Assembly (NCBI GenBank): GCA_044222065.1
Contig: JBGAOA010000091.1
Span: forward strand, 1 to 12,397
Length of the DNA stretch: 12,397 nucleotides
Source of the DNA: Candidatus Eiseniibacteriota bacterium
GTDB taxonomy: Bacteria; Eisenbacteria; RBG-16-71-46
Direction: 5' to 3'
Shown here: in pieces, positions 1 to 6,887 of the stretch
Layout: every line of letters starts with the position of its first letter
How positions within the stretch are numbered: the first letter of the stretch is position 1
Made by a program: the position numbers and the translations under genes
The notes under the pieces: model-generated
Database searches by the model: none
What the model saw: the letters and a program-made list of their open reading frames with translations, nothing else
What the model was told of the DNA's origin: nothing

Positions 1-13
1 GCCGATCGCGGTC

Positions 14-46
14 GCGGGACGCGGCCGCTACCGTGCCGCGTCCCGC
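14..46 (-). terminator. GC-rich stem-loop downstream of the alpha/beta hydrolase; putative terminator
   Basis: Perfect 12-bp inverted repeat GCGGGACGCGGC (14-25) / GCCGCGTCCCGC (35-46) with a 9-nt loop, 5 nt past the stop at 52-54. No U-tract. Confidence 0.55.
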
Positions 47-51
47 CACGT

Positions 52-1095
52 TCAGCGCAGCGCCGCGAGCAGCCCCCGCATCTCCCGCTCGACCCGCTCG
101 CCGTCCGACAGGAACACGTAGTGCGAGGCCTCGCGCAGCTCGACGATGCGCGCGGACGGCAGCGCGTCGGCGAGCTTCCGCCGCTCGTCCGCTTCCCAGC
201 GGTTCTGGGCCGAGCGGAAGCGCATCGCCTTGAGCTGCGCGACTCCGCGGCCCACGACCATGCGGCGGATCCACGGGAAGTCGCGCGACTCCGGCCGGTT
301 CACCGAGTAGATCGCGAGCACCGGCGCCCGCACCGCCTCGTAGCGCGGCGCGGTCTCGCCCTGCACGATCTTCGCGTTCGTCGAGGCCGGCGTCGCGTCC
401 TTCGTCCAGCGGCCGCGCGGATCGAACACGCGCGTCGCCGCGATCTCGGCGAGCGGCCAGCGCACGCCGTAGAGCCGCTCGAGGTAGTCGCGCGCCGCCT
501 CGGGCGAAGCGCGGTCGCGGCCGCCGGGGCCGGGCGGCGCCGGCGGAACCTGTCCGAGCACGGCCAGGGAGACGAGCCGGCGCGTCGTGTGCGAGCGGTC
601 GTACGCGGCGTCGAGGTACACGAGCCCCGCGACGCGTTCGGGGTGGCGCGCGGCGAACTCGGTCAGTTCGTCGCCCGCGACCGAGTGCCCGGCGAGCACG
701 GCGCGCTCGATGCCGAGCGCGTCGAGCTGCGCGAGCACGTCCTCGGCGAGCGTGCCGGTGTCGAAGCCGCCCTTCGGCCGGCCGCTCTCGCCGTAGCCGC
801 GCCGCGTGAGCGCGACCACGTGCGAGCGGTCGGTGAAGCGCGGCGCGAACTCGTCGTAGACGTGACCGGAATTGCCGAGCCCCGCGAGGAACACGAGCGC
901 CGGACCGTCGCCGCCGTAGTCCACCGAGTGAAGGGTCGTGCCGTTCGCGGCGATGCGGCGGTTCGCGAAGCCGTTCGCGTCCGTCCACGCCGCCGGCGAA
1001 AGCGTGTCGGGGAGCGCGCGGGCGCGCGCGGGCGAGGCGAGGACGAGCGGCAGGGCGAGGGCGGCGAGCGTGGTGAGGGCGGGCGAGCGATTCAT
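52..1095 (-). CDS. Secreted alpha/beta-fold hydrolase (Abhydrolase_1/6 type), 347 aa
   Basis: C-terminal part of the 52..3204 ORF. ATG at 1095 preceded by AAGGGGA. Signal peptide MNRSPALTTLAALALPLVLASPARA, then LVFLAGLG oxyanion region, RRGYGES, nucleophile elbow GHSVAG, LVYLDA, and catalytic His region ASHYVF. Confidence 0.9.
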   Translation of the reverse strand: MNRSPALTTLAALALPLVLASPARARALPDTLSPAAWTDANGFANRRIAANGTTLHSVDYGGDGPALVFLAGLGNSGHVYDEFAPRFTDRSHVVALTRRGYGESGRPKGGFDTGTLAEDVLAQLDALGIERAVLAGHSVAGDELTEFAARHPERVAGLVYLDAAYDRSHTTRRLVSLAVLGQVPPAPPGPGGRDRASPEAARDYLERLYGVRWPLAEIAATRVFDPRGRWTKDATPASTNAKIVQGETAPRYEAVRAPVLAIYSVNRPESRDFPWIRRMVVGRGVAQLKAMRFRSAQNRWEADERRKLADALPSARIVELREASHYVFLSDGERVEREMRGLLAALR

Positions 1096-1106
1096 GTCGG
1101 TCCCCT

Positions 1107-2261
1107 TCAGCGGCGCGCGTCGTCGGCGTTCGCCGCGACGGCTGCGTTGGAGTTCATGGCCGGGGCCATCGCGGTCACGATGTCGGTGATGACGGCGTCG
1201 CGATCGGGCGTGTCGGCGTTCATCAGCACGACGATGCCGTGCCGCTGGTTCTTGTAGAGCGCGACGAACGCGAAGAACGTGGCCGCGCTGCCGGTGTGGG
1301 TGAGGGCGGTGTTCCCGCCGGCCTCGATGACGGACCAGCCCATCGCGTAGTCGCCGACCGGCGCGTGCAGCCGCGTCCACGTCGTGTCGGCGAGCAGCGA
1401 AGGACGCCCGCACAGCGCGCGCAGGTGGAGCTGCGCGTAGCGCGCGAAGTCGCCGACGCTCATGCTCACGTCGCCGCCCGGCGCGACGACCGCCGGGATG
1501 TGCCCCTCCGACGGCTCGACCGGCCGCAGCGACACGCCGTCCGGCATGTGACCGCACGGTTCCTCGGGGCCGGCTTCGAGCGGCCAGCCGACGAACATCG
1601 ACACGCCGATCGGATCGAGCACGTCGGCGCGCAGCTCCGACGCCCACGCGCGGCCCGGGCGCGCCACGGCGATCGCCGCCGCGATCGCGAATCCCGCCGT
1701 CGAGTAGAAGTACGTGCCGCGTGCGACCGCCGGAGGCTGCGCGAGCAGCCAGCCCGCGAAGGCGCGGCGCTGCGCGACCGGATCGCCCGCGAACTCGGGC
1801 AGCGCGAGGAACTCGTCGAGGTCGTTGATCCCGGGAAGGCCCGCGCGGTTCTGCAGCAGCTCGGCGAGCGTCACGTCGCGATACGCCGGCCGCATCGAGG
1901 CGGCGAACTCGGGGAACGCGTCGGCGAGCGTGAGCGACCAGTCGAGCGCGCCGTCCTCGACGAGCTTCGCGATCGCGGTCGCGGTCATGCCCTTCGCGAG
2001 CGATCCGACGTGGAACAGGTCCGCGGTCGTGACGAGGTCGTTCGTGCCGAGGCGGCGCACGCCGCTCGCGGCCACTTCGATCGCGTCGAGCGAGAACGAC
2101 GCCGCGGCGATCGCGGGGATGCCGTGACGCACGCGCGCCTCGTTCACGGCGCTCGCGAGCGTGACCGGCGCGCGCGGCGCGGTGGGGGTGGGGTTCTTGC
2201 CGCATCCGGCGAGGAGTGCGAGCGGGAGCGCGAGCAGCGGGGTCCAGCGGGTGAGCTTCAT
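1107..2261 (-). CDS. Lipoprotein serine hydrolase of the beta-lactamase/AmpC-like (peptidase S12) family, 384 aa
   Basis: ATG at 2261 with AAGGAGG SD. Lipobox LLAGC. SxxK motif FHVGSLAKG, LLQNRAGL, Y-S-T at the YxN position, HTG triad motif (THTGS), terminal GIVVLMN strand. Stops 11 nt before the hydrolase start, so probably one operon. Confidence 0.9.
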   Translation of the reverse strand: MKLTRWTPLLALPLALLAGCGKNPTPTAPRAPVTLASAVNEARVRHGIPAIAAASFSLDAIEVAASGVRRLGTNDLVTTADLFHVGSLAKGMTATAIAKLVEDGALDWSLTLADAFPEFAASMRPAYRDVTLAELLQNRAGLPGINDLDEFLALPEFAGDPVAQRRAFAGWLLAQPPAVARGTYFYSTAGFAIAAAIAVARPGRAWASELRADVLDPIGVSMFVGWPLEAGPEEPCGHMPDGVSLRPVEPSEGHIPAVVAPGGDVSMSVGDFARYAQLHLRALCGRPSLLADTTWTRLHAPVGDYAMGWSVIEAGGNTALTHTGSAATFFAFVALYKNQRHGIVVLMNADTPDRDAVITDIVTAMAPAMNSNAAVAANADDARR

Positions 2262-2352
2262 GGCGAGCCTCCTTCGGGCCGCGGCGGCCGCCGCCGATCG
2301 GCGGCCCCGCAGCCACGGAGGCAGCGTGCCGATCGGGGGGCCGCGCCCGCGC

Positions 2353-2390
2353 GTGCCGGTGGTCACGAAATGAACCGTGACTTTCGGCAC
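2353..2390. promoter_or_regulatory. Double palindromic operator, putative NarL/LuxR-type response-regulator binding site
   Basis: GTGCC-ggtg-GTCAC (2353-2366), 10-nt spacer, GTGAC-tttc-GGCAC (2377-2390). The two 14-mers are inverted copies of each other (11/14). Lies between the divergent hydrolase and kinase genes. Confidence 0.6.
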
Positions 2391-2425
2391 TGGTGACCGG
2401 GCGGCGCGGCCGCCAGAATGCCGCC

Positions 2426-3604
2426 ATGCACGCGACGCTCACGCGCTGGTTCGGCCCGTCCCGCACGCTGCTCGCGCTGCGCCTCGCCATGACCGTGGCG
2501 TGGGGCTGGATCGCGATCACGACGCTGCTCGGGGCGCGGCCGCGCGGCGTTCCGACGGTCGTCGTCGCGGCGCTCGGCTTCGCCGCGTTCCTCGCGGCGC
2601 TGTGGATCACGCTGCTGCGCGCGCCGCGCTCGCGACCGACGGCGCTCCAGTGGGTCCTGCTCGGCGTCCAGGCGGCCGGGGCGTTCACGCTCGCGACCGA
2701 CCTCATGATGCTCGTCGCGATGGAGCTGCCGCTCGTGCTGCGGCCGCGCGTCGCCACGATCGCGTTCGTGTCGCTGCTCGCGGCGTCGGTGCTCGTCGGG
2801 CTCGCGCTCGCGCGCGCCGGCGCGTTCGTTCCCGCGGGCGAACTCGCGGGCCTCTCGGCCTCGCTGCAGGTCGTGCTGACGCTCGGGCTCGTCGCGGGCT
2901 GGCAGCTGCTCGCGTTCTGCGGCGGACTGCTCGCCGCGACCGAGATCCGCGCGCGCCGCGACGTGCACCGGCTGATGGCGGCGCTCAGGCTCGCGAACGC
3001 GCGCGTCGAGGAGTCGAGCCGCGAGGCCGAGCGGCTGCACATCGCGCGCGAGCTGCACGACACGGTCGGGCACCGGCTCGCCGCACTCGGCGTGAGCCTC
3101 GACTTGGAGAGCCGGCGCGCGGAGGGCGCCTCGGCCGCGTCGCTGCGCGAGGCACGCGACGCCACGCAGCAGCTGCTCGCCGAGGTGCGCGGCGTCGTCG
3201 GCACGATGCGGCAGGAGCGCGCGCTCGACCTGAAGCGCGCGATCGCGACGCTCGTCTCGAACCTCGGCGCGCTCGAGGTGGACCTCGCGATCTCGCCCGG
3301 GCTCGACGTGCGCGATCCCGCGACCGCCCACGCGCTCTACCGCGCCGCGCAGGAGGCGCTCACGAACGCGCTGCGGCACGCGCAGGCGACGCGCGTGCGG
3401 ATCGAGCTCAGGCAGGACGCGCGCGCGGTGACGCTCGCCGTGCGCGATGACGGCGACGGCGCCGCGGGGCCGCGCGAGGGGCACGGGCTCGCCGGGATGC
3501 GCGAGCGGCTCGAATCGCTCGGCGGCACGCTCGAGATCGAAACGTCCGCCGGGGCGGGCTTCGCGATCGTCGCGCGCGTGCCGCTCGCTCAGGAGGCGCG
3601 ATGA
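2426..3604 (+). CDS. Membrane sensor histidine kinase, HisKA_3 (NarX/DesK-like), 392 aa
   Basis: About 5 N-terminal hydrophobic segments. H-box ERLHIARELHDTVGH, N-box QEALTNALRHA, G1 DDGDG, G2 GHGLAGMRER. ATG at 2426 chosen over the GTG at 2393 used by the ORF track. Stop overlaps the next start (ATGA). Confidence 0.92.
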   Translation: MHATLTRWFGPSRTLLALRLAMTVAWGWIAITTLLGARPRGVPTVVVAALGFAAFLAALWITLLRAPRSRPTALQWVLLGVQAAGAFTLATDLMMLVAMELPLVLRPRVATIAFVSLLAASVLVGLALARAGAFVPAGELAGLSASLQVVLTLGLVAGWQLLAFCGGLLAATEIRARRDVHRLMAALRLANARVEESSREAERLHIARELHDTVGHRLAALGVSLDLESRRAEGASAASLREARDATQQLLAEVRGVVGTMRQERALDLKRAIATLVSNLGALEVDLAISPGLDVRDPATAHALYRAAQEALTNALRHAQATRVRIELRQDARAVTLAVRDDGDGAAGPREGHGLAGMRERLESLGGTLEIETSAGAGFAIVARVPLAQEAR

Positions 3605-4199
3605 TCCGCGTCCTGATCGCAGACGACCAGACGCTGCTGCGCCGCGGGCTCAAGGGCATGTTCGAGCTCACGCCCGACGTGCGCGCGAGCGCCACGAGGT
3701 GGACGTGCTGCTGCTCGACGTGCGGATGCCGAAGCGCACGGGGGTCGACGTGCTCGAGGAGCTGCGCCGCCGCGGCCGCGCGATTCCGGCGCTGCTGCTC
3801 ACGACGTTCGACGACGACGCGGCGCTGCTCGCCGGCGTGCGCGCCGGAGCGCGCGGCTGGTTGCTCAAGGACGTGGCCTTCGAGCGGCTCGCCGATGCCG
3901 TCCGCGCGCTCGCCGCCGGCGGCACGGTGCTGCTCCCGGCCGTGACCGAGCGCGCCGTGCGCGCGCTCACCGACGCGCCGCCGGCGTTCGAATCGCTCGA
4001 TCCGCCGGACCGACTCACCACCCGCGAGACCGAGATCCTGCGGCTGATGGCCGGCGGCTACAGCAATCGCGAGATCGCCGACGCGCTCCACTCGGGCGAG
4101 GGCACGGTCAAGAACCACATCTCGCACATCCTCTCGAAGCTCGGCGTGCGCGACCGCACGCGCGCGGTGCTGAAGGGCATCGAGCTCGGCTACGTGTGA
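3601..4199 (+). pseudogene. NarL/FixJ-family response regulator (REC + LuxR HTH), frameshifted by an internal deletion near 3685
   Basis: Frame from 3601 gives MIRVLIADDQTLLRRGLKGMFELTPDVR. The rest (ERHEVDVLLLDVRMP...LLTTFDDD...GWLLKD...LTTRETEILRLMAGGYSNREIADALHSGEGTVKNHISHILSKLGVRDRT) is in another frame ending TGA at 4199. The usual VVxEAxDGxEA segment is absent. Could be a real lesion or an assembly error. Confidence 0.85.
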
Positions 4200-4214
4200 C
4201 GTCCGAAGGCCGGC

Positions 4215-4952
4215 TCACCGATACAAGGACTTGAGCGCGCCCCACGAACCGCGCTGCGCGGCCGTCGTCGTGTCGGGCCCGATGCAGATCGAGTGAGCGC
4301 CCGGCCGCGCGATCTGCGTGAAGTCCACGCCGAGCCCCTCGGTGGGCACGAGGATCCGCGGCCCCGTGGGCGGCGTGATCACGAGGACGTCCACCCCCTT
4401 CACGCACGCGTTCGGGCGCAGCGGCTCGATCGGATGGACGAGCGTGACGGCCACCTCGGTGCCGGGCGGGAGCAGCCGGTCGAGCGAGAGCACGTGTGCC
4501 GACATTCCCGGGTCGCAGACGATCGGACCGATTCCGGCCGGCAGCGCGAAGTTCGACGCCGGCTCGATGAGCACCGAGCCGCTCGCGGGAACGGACGGGG
4601 CGCTCCACAGTCCGAAAACGTTCCACGACGTCGGCCATTCGGCCAGCAGCGGATCCTGGCAGTCGAGCGTCATCGTGACGTCGGCGCCGGGAGCGAATCC
4701 GCATACGGTTGGAGTGATCCCGCCGGACAGTTCGCACTCGGCCCAGGTCCAGGTCGGAATCACGCAACCCGTCTCGTCGGCCGTGAAGGTGACCTGCCGC
4801 TGGAGCGGGAACAGCGCGACGGTGATCGTTCCGCCCCGACTCTCGCCGGTCTCGACCGGCACGAATCCGAGGAAGAGACAACCCTGAAGGAGCCCTGCGA
4901 GGGCGAGCGCGACGGTGGTGAACAACGGGCGGGCGAACGAACGACGGACCAT
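4215..4952 (-). CDS. Secreted Cys-rich hypothetical protein (possible lipoprotein) with C-terminal SWGxxKxxYR tail, 245 aa
   Basis: ATG at 4952 with GGAGGAG SD. Signal peptide ending LLQGC, 8 Cys in total, beta-rich composition, ends DTTTAAQRGSWGALKSLYR-stop. Confidence 0.8.
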   Translation of the reverse strand: MVRRSFARPLFTTVALALAGLLQGCLFLGFVPVETGESRGGTITVALFPLQRQVTFTADETGCVIPTWTWAECELSGGITPTVCGFAPGADVTMTLDCQDPLLAEWPTSWNVFGLWSAPSVPASGSVLIEPASNFALPAGIGPIVCDPGMSAHVLSLDRLLPPGTEVAVTLVHPIEPLRPNACVKGVDVLVITPPTGPRILVPTEGLGVDFTQIARPGAHSICIGPDTTTAAQRGSWGALKSLYR

Positions 4953-5111
4953 GCCATCTCCTCCGGACCGAGGGTGGGCATGCAGTCCGCGTGATTCGAG
5001 GCGCGGGGTGCGCGGTGCGCGACCCCAAAGGGGGATCGCCGGGTGAGACCGGTCCGCCCCCCGGGGAATCACACGGGCGGCGCGCCGCGGCGTCGGAGGT
5101 GCCTCGCCGCC

Positions 5112-6059
5112 CTAAGGGGTCTTGACCGGCTGCCACCGCGGGAGCGCTCGGCGGACGAGCGCCACGAGACCGACGAGCGCGAATGCGACGACCCCGCCGA
5201 TCGGGACGAGCACGATCGCGGCCCAGATCGCGAAGTCGCCGAGCCCACGCAGCGCTCCCGTGAGCTGACGCAGGCTGTTCGCGAACGTCTCGCGCGGCCG
5301 CCAGCCCTCGGCATGGAGCGGCGCGGTCGCGGCGTCGGACACGAGCTGGAGCGTGACCGTGCTCAGGGTCGCGAGGTCTCGCAGCGATTCGAGCCGGCCT
5401 TCGTACTGCTCGATCTGCGTGCGGATGCCGGTCAGTTCGCGGTAGATCGCCATGACGTCGTCGACCTTGCGTCCCTGCGCGCGCGCGTCCTCGAGCAGCC
5501 CGATCAGCTCGGTCTCGGTCGCGCGCAGCGTTCGCAGCCGCGCCGCGACGTCGACGGCCTGCGCGGTCACGTCCTCGACGTTCTGGGATTCGGCCGCGAC
5601 CCGCACCGCGAGCGATCGCAGTGCCGCGAGCGAGCCGTCGAGCCGCTCGCCCGGCAGGCGGAGCACGTAGTTCCGATACGGGAATCCGCCGCGTTCGGAG
5701 ACCGAAGAGCCCGAGACGAAGCCGCCGCTCGCGGCGACGAGCGCCTCGACCCGCCGCGCGGCGCTGTCCACGTCGGCGACGACGAGCGTGAGCGCGACGT
5801 TGCGCACGAGCATGCGTCCCGACGCAGGGCGAGCCGGGTGCGTCCCCGCGTCTTCCGAGGGAGCGGCGGCGGAGACCGCCGCCTCCGCCGCCGCAAGGGG
5901 ACTCGCGGCGGGCAGGACGGCGAGACTTCGCTCGGCCGCGGTGTCGAACGACGCAGCGGACGGAGTGTCGTGGCGAGCGCAGCCGGCGGCTATCGCGAGG
6001 ACGCACGCGAGCACGACGGCGAGTCGAAGGGACGGGCGAGGCGCTCGGACTCGGCGCAT
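5112..6059 (-). CDS. DUF4349-like lipoprotein with coiled coil and C-terminal TM helix, 315 aa
   Basis: GGAGG SD and lipobox AAGC. Family-like motifs RMLVRNVALTLVV, GGFVSGSS, LRLP, EDVTAQAVDVAARL, coiled coil ELTGIRTQIEQYEGRL, STVTLQL, then hydrophobic IWAAIVLVPIGGVVAFALVGLVALV followed by RR. Confidence 0.85.
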   Translation of the reverse strand: MRRVRAPRPSLRLAVVLACVLAIAAGCARHDTPSAASFDTAAERSLAVLPAASPLAAAEAAVSAAAPSEDAGTHPARPASGRMLVRNVALTLVVADVDSAARRVEALVAASGGFVSGSSVSERGGFPYRNYVLRLPGERLDGSLAALRSLAVRVAAESQNVEDVTAQAVDVAARLRTLRATETELIGLLEDARAQGRKVDDVMAIYRELTGIRTQIEQYEGRLESLRDLATLSTVTLQLVSDAATAPLHAEGWRPRETFANSLRQLTGALRGLGDFAIWAAIVLVPIGGVVAFALVGLVALVRRALPRWQPVKTP

Positions 6060-6117
6060 GGCGACCTCCGGTGGAAGCGACGGCGCGGCGAAACGCCGCG
6101 AACGGGACCACGGGAGC

Positions 6118-6143
6118 TACGCCGGAGGGGCGAGGGGTATTCC
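6118..6143 (-). promoter_or_regulatory. Putative ECF sigma-factor promoter of the DUF4349-like gene
   Basis: Minus strand GGAAT (6143-6139), 17-nt spacer, CGTA (6121-6118), about 60 nt upstream of the ATG. Matches the general ECF GGAAy...CGTw architecture. Confidence 0.5.
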
Positions 6144-6250
6144 TCGTCGAAGCGTGATCTGCGGGCGGGCGGCGAGCGCGATTCCCCGGCGTGGCGCGCG
6201 CCCCGCGGACTCCGTGTCCCCTCCGGACCGGCTTCCGCGTTCGTTCCGGC

Positions 6251-6841
6251 ATGAGCCGCCCGTTCGCACCTCTCGCCCTCGTCAGCATCGTCGCGTGCCT
6301 CCTCGCCCTGCCCGCATCCCGGGCCGGCGCGGGCGCGCTCGCGATCACGCGCTGGACCGTGGACGGAGGCGGCCTGCGCTTCGTCCAGAGCGGACCGTTC
6401 GTGATGGGTGGAACGATCGGGCAGCCGGACGCCGGCCTGGTTTCGCGACTCAACTACGTGCTCGTCGGCGGCTTCTGGGTGCCCGGCGCGCCGGTCCCCG
6501 TGGGCGTGGACGGGAGCGAAGAGGGACCGCCGGGAGTGCCCGGGCCGCCACCCGGCGCGCCGCTCGAACTGCGCGTGTACCCCGCGGCCCCGAACCCATT
6601 CGCGGGGCTCACGTCGCTCGCGTTCGACCTGCCGGACGAGCGCCACTGCCGCGTGAACGTGTTCGACCTCGCCGGCGCGCACGTCGCGACGCTCGCGGAC
6701 GGGCGCTTCGGAGCGGGACACCACCGGCTCGAGTGGCGCACGCGCGACGCTCGCGGCCGGTCCGCCGGCCCCGGCCTCTACCTGCTCCGCGTCGAACTCG
6801 GCGCGCACGTCGAAACCCGGAAGCTCGTCATCCTTCATTGA
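6251..6841 (+). CDS. Small secreted protein: WTVDGGG...GTIGQPDAG...GGFW domain + Pro/Gly linker + T9SS type-A/FlgD Ig-like C-terminal domain, 196 aa
   Basis: Signal peptide MSRPFAPLALVSIVACLLALPASRAGA. Short Gly-rich domain at 6353-6478, linker PVGV...GPPGVPGPPPG. CTD motifs PNPF, FDL, VFDLAGAHVATL, LEW..RDARGR, GLYLLRV, TRKLVIL. Confidence 0.85.
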   Translation: MSRPFAPLALVSIVACLLALPASRAGAGALAITRWTVDGGGLRFVQSGPFVMGGTIGQPDAGLVSRLNYVLVGGFWVPGAPVPVGVDGSEEGPPGVPGPPPGAPLELRVYPAAPNPFAGLTSLAFDLPDERHCRVNVFDLAGAHVATLADGRFGAGHHRLEWRTRDARGRSAGPGLYLLRVELGAHVETRKLVILH

Positions 6842-6887
6842 GCCCGCATCACGCCCGGCCGCGCCGGACACCGAGGAGACCGATCCG

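Noticed and set aside
52..3204. 1050-aa ORF as a single protein
   Set aside because: Only the last 347 aa (from ATG 1095, with SD and signal peptide) are protein-like. The rest is off-frame over the serine hydrolase and antisense to the kinase, a high-GC artefact.
3679..3692. Programmed ribosomal frameshift in the response regulator
   Set aside because: No slippery heptamer, and about 14 codons of the receiver domain are physically missing.
4108..6453. 781-aa minus-strand ORF and other long Arg/Ala/Pro-rich shadow ORFs
   Set aside because: Low-complexity translations overlapping better-supported genes; stop codons are scarce at this GC content.
6524..6562. Collagen-like GPPGVPGPPPG
   Set aside because: Only about three G-x-y triplets; better explained as a Pro/Gly linker before the CTD.
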